NCBI GenBank assembly: GCA_963850305.1 | Contig: CAWKKR010000008.1 | Span: 512,001-576,000, forward strand | Reading direction: 5' to 3' | Length of the DNA stretch: 64,000 nucleotides | Source: an uncultured delta proteobacterium | Lineage (GTDB): Bacteria > Myxococcota_A > Polyangia > Polyangiales > Polyangiaceae | Part shown: positions 10,984 through 20,781 of the stretch, piece after piece | How positions within the stretch are numbered: the first letter of the stretch is position 1 | Layout: each line of letters begins with the position of its first letter | Program-made: the position numbers and the translations under genes | The notes under the pieces: generated by a model | What the model was told of the DNA's origin: nothing | Databases searched by the model: none | Seen by the model: the letters and a program-made list of their open reading frames with translations, nothing else

Positions 10984-12534
10984 TCAACGACGGGACAGAG
11001 CGCTCTTCTGAATCTTGCCGCTGGGGTTCTTCGGAAGGTCTGCCGCGATCTCGACGCGGCGCGGACACTTGTAGCCGGAGAGCAAGGTGCGCGCGAGCGC
11101 GTCGAGCTCGTCACTCGTGATCGTCGCACCGGGTCGGGGTACGACATACGCGACGACGACCTCGCCCCAGTCCGGGTGCGGTTCGCCAACGACGGCAGCC
11201 TCGAGCACGCCGGGGTGAGTGGCGAGGGCCGCCTCCACCTCGGCCGCGTAGACGTTGAAGCCGCCACTGATGACGACGTCTTTCTGTCGTCCGACGATGT
11301 AGACGTACCCGTCCGCGTCCTTTTTTCCGATATCGCCGGTGGCGAGCCAGCCGTCGCGCAGCACTTCACGGGTCGTGTCGTCGTCGTCGAAATAGCCGCT
11401 CATGACGTTTCGTCCGCGCACCTGGATCTCGCCGACTTCGTCGGGGCCGAGCTCGCGTCGCTCGGCATCCGCGATCCGGACTCTGCAAACCGCCGTCTCC
11501 TTGCCGACAGAGCCGAGACGCGGGCCCAGAACCAAATGATCTTCGGGGCCGAGTCGAGTGATCGGCCAGGGCGCTTCCGTCATTCCATAGATCTGGTGAA
11601 GGGCCTGCCCGACCTTCTGGATCGCCGCGCGGAGCTGCGCGTCGGGCATGGGCGCTCCGCCGTAAATGAGCGCCCGCAAGCTCGAGAGATCATGCAAGGT
11701 CCAGCGCGGCGACGAGACGAGACGCGATAGCATCGTCGGAACGGTGAACATGAGGGTCACGCGCCACCGTTCGATGCCCGCGAGCACTTCTTCGACGCCG
11801 AAGTGACGGACGAGAACGTTCGTGCCGCCCGCGAACAGCGTCGGATAAAGAAGTGCACCGGAGCCATGCGTGAGCGGCGCAGCGTGAAGCGAGCAATCTT
11901 GCTCGGTCACGGGCGCGAGTTCATGCAGCAAGTTGTCGAGCGACGCGTGATAAACGCGGTGCGGGAGCACGGCCGCTTTCGCGCTGCCGGTCGTGCCGGA
12001 CGTGTAGCGAAGCCGCGCCGGCTCCTCGAGCCCCACGTGAACGTCGGGGCGCGCGGGCGAGTGCATCGCGAGGAGCGCTTCGTACGAAACCGCGTCCGCG
12101 GGGAACCGCGCATTCTTCGCGTCTCCCGTCACGACGAGAGCTGGCAAAGAATCGAACGGTAGAGTTTCGACGCCCGCGGCGATCTTGGCGGCGCCCTCTG
12201 GGTCGGTCACGATGAGGCGCGGCTCGCACGAGGCAAGGACGCCACGTACTTCAGGCCAGGTGAGTCGCGCGGTGAGCGTGATCCACACCATGCCGGACGC
12301 GAGAACGGCAAGCTCGCACTCGACCGCTTCGTGAACGTTGGGCAGGAACGCGAGCACCGCCTCGCCGCGGCGAAGGCCAAGCGAGACGAACGCCGCTGAC
12401 AGGCGATCCACGCGGCCGAAGAGCTCCGCGTAGGTGAAGCACGCGTCACCGTCGACGAGGGCGCTGCGCGACGCGAACGCAGTTGCGTGGTCTCGGACTC
12501 GATCTACGACCGTGTTCGTCAATGCGCCTCGCAT
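10984..12534 (-). CDS. AMP-dependent acyl-CoA synthetase/ligase
   Basis: YTSGTTG, YGMTE, TGD, GRQKDVVISGGFNVY, PKNPSGK. Confidence 0.9.
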   Translation of the reverse strand: MRGALTNTVVDRVRDHATAFASRSALVDGDACFTYAELFGRVDRLSAAFVSLGLRRGEAVLAFLPNVHEAVECELAVLASGMVWITLTARLTWPEVRGVLASCEPRLIVTDPEGAAKIAAGVETLPFDSLPALVVTGDAKNARFPADAVSYEALLAMHSPARPDVHVGLEEPARLRYTSGTTGSAKAAVLPHRVYHASLDNLLHELAPVTEQDCSLHAAPLTHGSGALLYPTLFAGGTNVLVRHFGVEEVLAGIERWRVTLMFTVPTMLSRLVSSPRWTLHDLSSLRALIYGGAPMPDAQLRAAIQKVGQALHQIYGMTEAPWPITRLGPEDHLVLGPRLGSVGKETAVCRVRIADAERRELGPDEVGEIQVRGRNVMSGYFDDDDTTREVLRDGWLATGDIGKKDADGYVYIVGRQKDVVISGGFNVYAAEVEAALATHPGVLEAAVVGEPHPDWGEVVVAYVVPRPGATITSDELDALARTLLSGYKCPRRVEIAADLPKNPSGKIQKSALSRR

Positions 12535-12845
12535 GGTGCCACGGAGCCGCCGACACCTCGCGACGGGACGAACCAATCCGGGGAGCGGTTGCGGCCCGCA
12601 CCTCCGGGCCGCAGGAATCCCACGACGTTTTCATGTTTCGATGGGAGCGGTTAGACCGACTCGACGCTCGCGGGTCCTCGGAAAACACCGCGAATGCGCA
12701 AGGTTCGTACAGGGCGAGGCGCGGTGTCCCGCTGGACGGGCACGCTCGTCAACGCTGCGCTTCGCGACGCGATGGCCACGAGAACGAAACGCGGGCGTGC
12801 GGGCGGGCGTGCGTAGAAGTTCCATGACCAAGAGAAAAAACTCAC

Positions 12846-12873
12846 AGCGGTGTCACCGCTCGCTTGCTATAAC
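12846..12873 (+). promoter_or_regulatory. Palindrome AGCGGTG-T-CACCGCT followed by an extended -10-like TGcTATAAC upstream of wcaJ
   Basis: Perfect 7-1-7 inverted repeat at 12846-12860; TATAAC about 42 bp upstream of ATG 12915. Confidence 0.45.
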
Positions 12874-12914
12874 GCGGACAGTCAGAACTGTGACCAGACG
12901 GAGAGTAATCGGTA

Positions 12915-14330
12915 ATGCCTGAAACGCCCGATCGGGGGCTTCTACGGACCTACGAGTCGGTAGTCGCGCTGATCCAGCGACTCGCCGATGCCGGCTGGAT
13001 CGTGTTGGCGCAGTACGTCGCGTGCTGGCTCTATCCGGAGGAGTGGAAGCAATCGAACACGGTCGCCGCGCTCGTCGCGATGATCGCGTTCCATCTCGTC
13101 GCCGAGGTCAACGGCCTCTACCGTTCCTGGCGCGGCGCGCCGCTCAAGCACGAGGCGTTTCAAGCCCTGGCGACCTGGACGATCGCCGCGCCCGTCATCC
13201 TCTTCGTCGCGTTCATCACCAAGACCACGACTCAGTACTCGCGTTTCATCACGACCGTCTGGTTCGTCCTCGTCCCGGTCTTCGTGGTCTCGTGGCGGCT
13301 CGCCTTGCGGTTCGCGCTGATGGAGCTCCGTCGTCACGGCCGGAACTCCCGTACGGTCGCCATCGCCGGCCTCACGCCCATGGCTCAGCGCATCGCGCAG
13401 CGGATCGCGGCGGATCCGTACTCGGGGATGAAGATCCTCGGCTTCTACGACGATCGCAAGCCGGGGCGCCGCCACATCTTGCCGGACCTGTACGGCCCGC
13501 TCGTCGGCGATCTCGACCAGCTCGTCATCGACGCGCGGGACAGCAAGATCGATCGCATCTACATCACGTTGCCGCTCAAGGCCGAACCACGCATCAACTC
13601 GATCGTCCGAAAGCTGGCCGACACGACCGCGACCGTCTTCGTCGTGGCCGACTTCCTGGTGTTCGATCTGCTCCACGCCCAGTGGAGCCAGGTGGGTGAC
13701 ATCCCGGTCGTCAGCATCTTCGACACGCCGTTCCACGGCCTCGGCGGCTGGCTCAAGCGGCTCGAGGACATCGCGTTGAGCCTGCTGATTCTGACGATCA
13801 TCGCGATACCGCTCGCGCTCATCTCGATCGGCGTGAAGCTATCTTCCAGGGGCCCGGTGTTCTTCAAGCAGCGCCGCTACGGGCTGAACGGCAAGGAAAT
13901 CCGCGTCCTCAAGTTCCGGAGCATGACCGTCTGCGAAGACGGGCCCGTCGTCACGCAGGCGACCAAGCATGACGAGCGCGTGACGCGATTCGGCGCGTTC
14001 CTCAGACAGACGTCGCTCGACGAGCTCCCGCAGTTTCTCCAGGTGCTCACCGGGGAAATGAGCATCGTCGGCCCGCGTCCGCACGCCGTCGCCCACAACG
14101 AGCTGTATCGCGGCAAGATCCACGGTTACATGCTGCGCCACAAGGTGAAGCCGGGCATCACCGGCTGGGCGCAGGTGAACGGTTGGCGCGGCGAAACCGA
14201 CACCGTCGACAAGATGGAGAAGCGCGTCGAACACGATCTCGAATACATCCGGAATTGGGGACTGATCTGGGATCTGAAGATCATCATGCTGACCGTCTTC
14301 GGCGCAAAAAAGAGCGAGAACGCGTATTAG
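12915..14330 (+). CDS. wcaJ: Undecaprenyl-phosphate glucose phosphotransferase (priming glycosyltransferase)
   Basis: N-terminal TM segments; KRLEDI, GPVFFKQRRYG, KFRSM, SLDELPQ, GPRPHA, KPGITGWAQVNGWRGETD. Confidence 0.93.
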   Translation: MPETPDRGLLRTYESVVALIQRLADAGWIVLAQYVACWLYPEEWKQSNTVAALVAMIAFHLVAEVNGLYRSWRGAPLKHEAFQALATWTIAAPVILFVAFITKTTTQYSRFITTVWFVLVPVFVVSWRLALRFALMELRRHGRNSRTVAIAGLTPMAQRIAQRIAADPYSGMKILGFYDDRKPGRRHILPDLYGPLVGDLDQLVIDARDSKIDRIYITLPLKAEPRINSIVRKLADTTATVFVVADFLVFDLLHAQWSQVGDIPVVSIFDTPFHGLGGWLKRLEDIALSLLILTIIAIPLALISIGVKLSSRGPVFFKQRRYGLNGKEIRVLKFRSMTVCEDGPVVTQATKHDERVTRFGAFLRQTSLDELPQFLQVLTGEMSIVGPRPHAVAHNELYRGKIHGYMLRHKVKPGITGWAQVNGWRGETDTVDKMEKRVEHDLEYIRNWGLIWDLKIIMLTVFGAKKSENAY

Positions 14331-14366
14331 CAGGACCGCCGTCGTCTCCAGCGGGGCTCGGGGGCC

Positions 14367-15065
14367 GTGACTGCCCGGCTGCTCGAAGGTCTCCTCGACC
14401 CGTGCGTGGAAACGGAAGAAGTCGATCCGTTCCGGGATCCGATCGACGAGCTCTTGCCGGAGGAGGCGCATACGATCGCGAATGGTCGCGACGCGCGACT
14501 CCTGGAGTTCCGCGCCGGTCGTCACTGTGCGCGGACGGCGCTTGGGCGGCTCGGGGCACCGGCGGGTCCGCTCCTCAGATCGGAGGATAGATCGCCGATC
14601 TGGCCGGCGGGATTCGTCGGCTCGATCACCCACACGCGCGGCGGCGCTCGCGCCTTCTGCGGCGCGGCCGTCGCGCGTTCGAGCGAGGTGCACGCGCTCG
14701 GAATCGATGCAGAATTCGACACGCCGCTCGAGCGCGCGCTCTTTCGCCGGATCTTGACGGAGGTCGAGCGCGCGTGGATCTCGGACGCAGCGGAGAGCGA
14801 CCAGCCGGTGCTCGCGAAGCGCGTCTTCAGCGCGAAGGAAGCCGTGTACAAGTGTCAGTACCCGCTTTCGCGCACGTTCCTGGAATTCGCCGACGTCGAG
14901 CTCGCGCCGTTCACCGGGACGACCTTCACGGCGATGCTTCGAAAGCGCGCGCCGCCGTTCGGAGAGGGGCACACGTTCACGGGTCGGCAAGCTTTGCGCA
15001 GCGGCCTCGTCGTCAGCGCCGTCGCGATCGCAGCTCGAACGAGCGTCACGTCCGCGGGGCGCTGA
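14367..15065 (+). CDS. 4'-phosphopantetheinyl transferase (EntD/Sfp type)
   Basis: GRHCARTAL, PIWPAGFVGSITH, GIDAE, FSAKEAVYK. Confidence 0.9.
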   Translation: MTARLLEGLLDPCVETEEVDPFRDPIDELLPEEAHTIANGRDARLLEFRAGRHCARTALGRLGAPAGPLLRSEDRSPIWPAGFVGSITHTRGGARAFCGAAVARSSEVHALGIDAEFDTPLERALFRRILTEVERAWISDAAESDQPVLAKRVFSAKEAVYKCQYPLSRTFLEFADVELAPFTGTTFTAMLRKRAPPFGEGHTFTGRQALRSGLVVSAVAIAARTSVTSAGR

Positions 15066-15143
15066 CGACACGCGGGCCGGTCGACACGCTTTGCAGATCC
15101 TCGCGCGCATCCCTACATCCAAGTCTCTAACGGGCTGGGGCCA

Positions 15144-16524
15144 TTGGAGAGCGCCAATCTCGTCGCCTACGTTGCTTTGATCGTGTTCGCGCCGGTCGCC
15201 GTCGCGATCTACGGCGTGGTGCGCCCGACGCTCGCGACGGCCGCCGTACTCCTGGGCGCCGTGATGTATCTGCCCGAGCGAGTGAACTTCGATCCGCCCG
15301 GCCTTCCCCCGTTCGACAAGGCAACGATCGGCGGGCTCGCCGCTCTGGTCGGCAGCGCACTGGTCGCTCGACGAACGCTCACGAGCGCGCGGCCGGGCCG
15401 CGGATTCGATCTGTTCGCCCTGTTGCTCATCGCGGGCACGCTCGGCACCGCGCTCACGAACCCGGACGCATTGACTTATGGGTCGTCGTCGCATCCAGGC
15501 ACTGACTCCCTATGACGCCGTGTCGGACACCATCCGGGACTTGCTTTATCTGGTGTTCCCCTTCTTCCTCGGTCGCGCGCTCTACCGCAGCGCACGGGAT
15601 CTGAGAGATCTCATGGGCGTCGTGGTCATGGGCGCGCTCCTGTATTCGCCCCTGGTGCTCATCGAGCTCTGGCTGAGTCCGCAGCTTCACCGCTGGATCT
15701 ACGGCTTCCATCAGCACGACTTCTCGCAGGTGCTCCGGGACGGCGGATACCGGCCGATGGTCTTCATGGAAAACGGTCTCGCACTGGCACGGCTTCTGCT
15801 GACCGCGGCGCTCTTCGCCGCAACGCTCGCGCGGGCGCGCGAGAAGCTTCCCTTCTCGATCCCTCCGGCGCCGGTCGCCGCCTTTCTGACCGTGCTGTTG
15901 CTCGCGTGTCACAGCATGGGCGCCGCCGTGTACCTCCTCGTCTGTCTGCCCCTCCTGATCCTCGCTCGCCCGCGAGTCCACGTGCGCGTGGGAGCAATGC
16001 TCGCGACCGTCGTGCTCGCTTATCCCGTTCTCCGCGCCGCGGATCTGTTCCCCGTGAAACCCCTGCTCGATGTCTTCGCGAGGTTCAGCCAAGACCGGGC
16101 GGATTCGCTCGCCTTCCGCTTCGACAACGAGGCACAGCTCGTCCAGAAAGCGCTCGAGCGAGTCGTGTTCGGTTGGGGTGGGTTCGCGCGGGCCCACATT
16201 TTCGGGGAGTGGGGGAAGGACATCTCCGTCACGGACGGTCAGTGGATCATCGCCTTCGGAGATACGGGCGCGGTGGGCTTCCTGGGTTTGTTCGGGATGC
16301 TCGTGGGGCCCGTCGTGCTCGCCTGGCGGCGCATCACCGCCATCCCACGCGGGCCGACGCGCGTCCTGGTCGCGGGCATGGCGCTCACGACGGCGCTGAA
16401 CGTCGTGGACCTGTTGCCGAACGGGCTCTACTCGGCCCTGCCGCTCTTTTACGCAGGCGCTCTCGCAGGCGTCACGTGCGCACTTTCGAACGATTACGCG
16501 CTCGAAGGAGGAGTCGCCGAATGA
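15144..16524 (+). CDS. Wzy polymerase / O-antigen ligase-like membrane protein, frameshifted near 15480
   Basis: Two overlapping hydrophobic ORFs (15144-15515, 15478-16524) join if one G is removed at TATGGGTCG; YRPMVF, SLAFRFDNE, FGWGG, TDGQWII; lies in a polysaccharide operon. Confidence 0.7.
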
Positions 16525-17517
16525 GCCGAGTGGGCTGCGTCGTCATCGGTCGAAACGAAGCGTCGCGCCTCGGCCGGTGCCTCGCATCGGTGAAGCCTGA
16601 GTGCGATCGCATCGTCTACGTCGACTCCGCATCCGAGGACGCAAGCGTCGGTGTCGCGGAGCGGATGGGCGTGGAGGCGATCACACTCGACTCGAGCAGT
16701 CGTCTTTCCGCGGCCCGCGGCAGAAACGAAGGGTTTCTACACCTGACACGAACGGCGCCGGAGCTCGAGTTCGTGCAGTTCATCGACGGGGACTCGGAGC
16801 TCTCGCACAGCGTGGATCTCGCACGGGGTGGCGGAACTCGACCGCGACGGGGACGTCGCAGCGGCGTGTGGTCGGATCCGAGAACGGCATCCGCGGGCGT
16901 CCATTTACAACGCCATCAACGACATGGAGTGGGTCCACGGCACCGGAGACGTGGAGTGGTGCGCGGGCACGGCATTGTTCCGCGTCGCGCCGTTCCGGGA
17001 TGCCGAGGGATTCGATCCGACGCTCATCGCCGGTGAAGAGCCGGACCTGTGTGTGCGCCTGCGCGCGCGCGGATTTCGCTTTCGCGCGCTCGATCGGGAG
17101 ATGGCGGTCCACGACGCCGACATGACGCGCTTCTCGGAGTGGTGGACTCGCAACGTCCGTACCGGCCATGCCTACGCGGAAGCCGTCGCCAGGAGACCGG
17201 ACGACCCGGCGATGCACGCCGCCAGTGCCGTCCGGAGTATCGCGATCTGGGGACTCGCGCTGCCGGGGTTCTCCGTCGCGTTGATGCCGCCGACCCTCGG
17301 CGCGAGTCTCCTCGCGCCGTTCACCGCCTACCCGGCGTTGTTCGCCCGCGTGTACCGGACCATGCGCGCGCGCGGCTTTTCCCGCGACGACGCGCTGCTC
17401 TACGCCACGTTCTGCGTCCTGGGAAAGTTCCCGCAAGCGTTCGGACTGCTTCGCTTTCAATGGCTCAAGCGAAAAGGTCAGTCGAGCGATCTCATCGAAT
17501 ACAAGAGGCCCGCATGA
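16521..17517 (+). CDS. Glycosyltransferase family 2, frameshifted near 16805-16812
   Basis: MSRVGCVVIGRNE, VYVDSAS, AARGRN, FIDGD in one frame, continuing as ACGRIRER, GEEPDLC, HDA in the next. Confidence 0.8.
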
Positions 17518-18491
17518 AAGTTTTGGCGATCGTCGTGAACTATCGAACGGCGGAGCGCACGGTCGAAGCGGTCGCGTCGCTCCTCGACGCCCTCACGCAC
17601 CTGGACGGACGCGTGGCCGTCGTCGACAACGACTCGCAGGACGGCTCGCGTGAGCTCCTCGCTCGAACCATCGCGGAACGCGGCTGGAGCTCGCGCGTCG
17701 AACTCCTTTGCTCGCCGGTCAACGGTGGCTTCGGTTATGGCAACAACCTGGCGATCCGCCGGACCTACGACGCGGAGGATGCTCCCGAGTTTTTCTTCAT
17801 GCTGAACCCCGACGCCGTCGCGGAGCCGGACACGATCGCCGCGCTGCTCGAATTCATGGGGGAGACTCCCGACTGCGGCATCGCTGGGAGCCGCATCTTC
17901 GGCTTCGACGGCGAGCGACACGTCTCCGCGTTCCGCTTCCCGAGCCCGCTCGGCGAGCTCGAGGCTGGTCTGAAGCTCGGGCTCGCGACGCGCGTTCTGC
18001 GGCCCTGGGTCGTCGCGCCGCGTCCGCGCCACGCCACGGGAGAGGTCGACTGGGTGGCGGGCGCGAGCTTCATGGTGCGGCGCACGGTGTTCGATCGTGT
18101 CGGCCTCTTCGACGAGAAGTTCTTTCTCTACTTCGAGGAGGTCGATCTCTCTTTGCGGGCGAAGGCGCAAGGCCTCAAGACCTTCTACGTCCACGAAAGT
18201 CGCGTCAGCCACGAAGGGGCCGTGGCGACCGGCTTGAATGACACGAACCAGCCAGTTCCACCGTACTGGTTCGACTCGCGGAAACGGTTTTTCGCGAAGC
18301 ATCACGGCACGACGACCCTTTTGGCGGCAAACGTCTGCTTCACCGTCGGATTTCTTCTCTTTCGAGTACGGCGAAGGATCCAGCAGAAACCCGATCGCGA
18401 CCCGCCCAATCTTCTCTTCGACTTCATCCGGCACAACCTCCCCACACTCCCGGCCGCTCCGCAGGCCGGAGCTGCGGCGCTCGTTCAATGA
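17514..18491 (+). CDS. Glycosyltransferase family 2
   Basis: MKVLAIVVNY, VVDNDS, NGGFGYGNN, LNPD, GASFMVR, FFLYFEEVDL; ATGA overlap with the previous gene. Confidence 0.9.
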   Translation: MKVLAIVVNYRTAERTVEAVASLLDALTHLDGRVAVVDNDSQDGSRELLARTIAERGWSSRVELLCSPVNGGFGYGNNLAIRRTYDAEDAPEFFFMLNPDAVAEPDTIAALLEFMGETPDCGIAGSRIFGFDGERHVSAFRFPSPLGELEAGLKLGLATRVLRPWVVAPRPRHATGEVDWVAGASFMVRRTVFDRVGLFDEKFFLYFEEVDLSLRAKAQGLKTFYVHESRVSHEGAVATGLNDTNQPVPPYWFDSRKRFFAKHHGTTTLLAANVCFTVGFLLFRVRRRIQQKPDRDPPNLLFDFIRHNLPTLPAAPQAGAAALVQ

Positions 18492-19072
18492 ATCGCGCTG
18501 GGCTCATGGTCGTCGCGGCGCTCGCATGTTCGGCCTGCGGAGCGTCCCACCCCTATGTGTGGGTGGATGATCTCCCTCGCTCCGCAACGGCCGAGGTGCC
18601 CCAGATTCGAGCGGGCGATCGACTGTACGTCCTAGTCAAAGGGCAGGATGCGCTGACCGGCGAAGTCCCCGTTCGTCTCGACGGCAACATCGTTCATCCC
18701 GTCTTCGGCGTCGTGGCCGTCGCCGGCACATCGCCTCGCGAGGCAGCGCGACGCATCGAGGCGCGCCTCCGGAACGTCGTACTGGATGCGAACGTCTCGG
18801 TCGCCATCGCGGCGCGCCTTCCATACCAGGTCAGCGTGGTCGGAGAAGTGACGCACCCTGGACCGCTCGAGCTCGAGCCGGGGGAAGGCGTACTGCAGGC
18901 GCTCGCGAGAGCCGGCGGGTTCACCGAGTTCGCGAACAGAAGCGGCATCTACGTCCTTCGCCAGCGCCCCGAGGACGAACGCGTCCGCTTTCGCTACGAC
19001 GATCTCGCGGGCGGCGATGCACGGAGTCTAGGGTTTCGTCTGCACGACGGTGATGTCGTCGTCGTCGAGTAG
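18488..19072 (+). CDS. Short polysaccharide export (OPX/Wza-family) protein
   Basis: Lipoprotein-like signal (LACSAC), IRAGDRL, VRLDGNI, VVGEVTHPG, ALARAGG, LHDGDVVVV; 194 aa with no C-terminal outer-membrane helix. Confidence 0.85.
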   Translation: MNRAGLMVVAALACSACGASHPYVWVDDLPRSATAEVPQIRAGDRLYVLVKGQDALTGEVPVRLDGNIVHPVFGVVAVAGTSPREAARRIEARLRNVVLDANVSVAIAARLPYQVSVVGEVTHPGPLELEPGEGVLQALARAGGFTEFANRSGIYVLRQRPEDERVRFRYDDLAGGDARSLGFRLHDGDVVVVE

Positions 19073-19077
19073 CTATC

Positions 19078-20382
19078 ATGCACTTGGCTCTCGGCGCGCT
19101 CGCTTTCACGCGATTGCTCGGCGCGCTGACCGCGGACGCCGTCGCAGGCGGCCGAACCGAAGTCATGGCCGGCATCGCTCCCGTGCTCCCCGGCGAGTCG
19201 TCCGAGGGCTCCGTCGGCGCGGCGCTCACGCCGTTCGGTGCGCTGCAACTCTCCGAAGAGACGTGGCACCTCGGGCTCAAGTACGCGCCGCGTCTTCTCT
19301 GGCGCGCACCCAACGCCGTCAACGACGGCCGTCCACTGCTGCTGCAGAGCGGCGCGCTCGAACACGAGGCCCTGCTCGGACGTTCGCTCACGCTGACGAC
19401 CGAGGTTCAGGGTAGCGCCGGACGCGTCGACTACAGCATGTACGCCCTTCAGGCGACACCGGGCGGCTCGGTGTCGCCCGCGGGAACCGGCGCTCAACCC
19501 GGGCAGCCTCAGACGACGACACCGGGAACCGCTGCGCCCTCCGCGACGACTGGACAGGCGGGAGTAGCGCCGTCCCAGCTCTCCCTGACGGTCATCGATC
19601 TCTACGACGTGTCGGCGGACACGAAGCTCCAGGCCCACACGGACGCGCGCACGACGCTGACGCTCGGCGCGTCAGGCGGCGACAACGGCCCAATAGGCGC
19701 CGCGAGCGAGAGCTACCCGCGACACACCCGCGCCGCGCTCGAGCCGTCGCTTCGATACCAGCTCTCACCCACCGACAACCTCCGCATGCCGCTCTCGAGC
19801 GAGTACCATCGGGTCAACGGTGTCACCCTCGTGGACGACAGCGCCGAGCTCGAATGGGAGCATCGCTTCCTGCCGCAGACGACACTGCTCCTCGCCGCGG
19901 GCGGCTTGTACGCGAAGCCCCTCGACCCCGCCGGCAACGGCACCTTCTTTCCCTCGGCCGACGCGAGCCTCTCGCACGCCCTCGTGTACGAGCGCGGCTT
20001 GCGGATCCAGGGGACGCTCGATGTCGCTCTTCAGCCGCTCCTGTTCGTGCTCGATGCAGACTTTCGTCCCATCGCGAGCGTGCAAGCGGCGTTCGACATG
20101 ATCGTGCCGCCGCGCCTCCGAGCCGGCCTCCGCGCCTCCTTCTCCACGACGGCCACGGCCAGGCCGTACACACCGGGCGAAGTCGAAACTTACTTCGTCG
20201 CGGAGGCGCCCATCGTCTACGACGTGAGCCCCAACGTCTCGTTCGAGTGCGGCGCGCGGAGCATCTGGAGCGCGCCTCATCTCTCCGAGAGCTTCCAGCT
20301 CGAGAACGCGCAGCTCTGGGGCTACCTCGCGATCACCGCCGTGCTCGGCACGAACGACGATCCGATCGAGATGACGCGGTAA
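19078..20382 (+). CDS. Putative outer-membrane beta-barrel for polysaccharide export (EpsX/Wzp-like)
   Basis: Signal peptide, alternating amphipathic strand pattern, directly downstream of a short OPX gene. Confidence 0.55.
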   Translation: MHLALGALAFTRLLGALTADAVAGGRTEVMAGIAPVLPGESSEGSVGAALTPFGALQLSEETWHLGLKYAPRLLWRAPNAVNDGRPLLLQSGALEHEALLGRSLTLTTEVQGSAGRVDYSMYALQATPGGSVSPAGTGAQPGQPQTTTPGTAAPSATTGQAGVAPSQLSLTVIDLYDVSADTKLQAHTDARTTLTLGASGGDNGPIGAASESYPRHTRAALEPSLRYQLSPTDNLRMPLSSEYHRVNGVTLVDDSAELEWEHRFLPQTTLLLAAGGLYAKPLDPAGNGTFFPSADASLSHALVYERGLRIQGTLDVALQPLLFVLDADFRPIASVQAAFDMIVPPRLRAGLRASFSTTATARPYTPGEVETYFVAEAPIVYDVSPNVSFECGARSIWSAPHLSESFQLENAQLWGYLAITAVLGTNDDPIEMTR

Positions 20383-20734
20383 GAAAGCCTGGGCGGCCTC
20401 GGAGGGCACTACCGCCTTCCACGAGGGCTGGAGGCTTGGGCTGGCGAGCGAAACGCTCGAACCCGATCCCCGGCGGTCCCTCGCGACCGAAGGCGACGAC
20501 ATCCTTGCCCTCCGCCGAGACGGTGGACGTTTGCACACCGGTGCTCGTCGCGCTGCAGGACGAGGCCCGTGGTCCGATGGACGCGCCGCGCCCCTGCCAG
20601 GTGGGGGGCCGCTGCGCAACTCTGGGGTTACGTTGCGATCACCGCCGTGCTCGGCACGAACGACGATCCAATCGAAATGACGCGGTGAGAAGGCCTGGGC
20701 GGCCTCAGAGGGCACTACCGCCTTCCACGAGGGC
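20308..20734 (+). repeat. 121-bp direct repeat (20308-20428 and 20614-20734) duplicating the 3' end of the beta-barrel gene
   Basis: Manual alignment: 112/121 identical, offset 306 bp. Confidence 0.95.
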
Positions 20735-20781
20735 GTGTCGAGGTTGAGGTCGATAGCTGCGACGACTGGCGCGAGCCCGCA

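Noticed and set aside
20308..20734. Diversity-generating retroelement TR/VR pair
   Set aside because: Mismatches are not confined to adenines of one copy, are mostly synonymous, and no reverse transcriptase is in the window.
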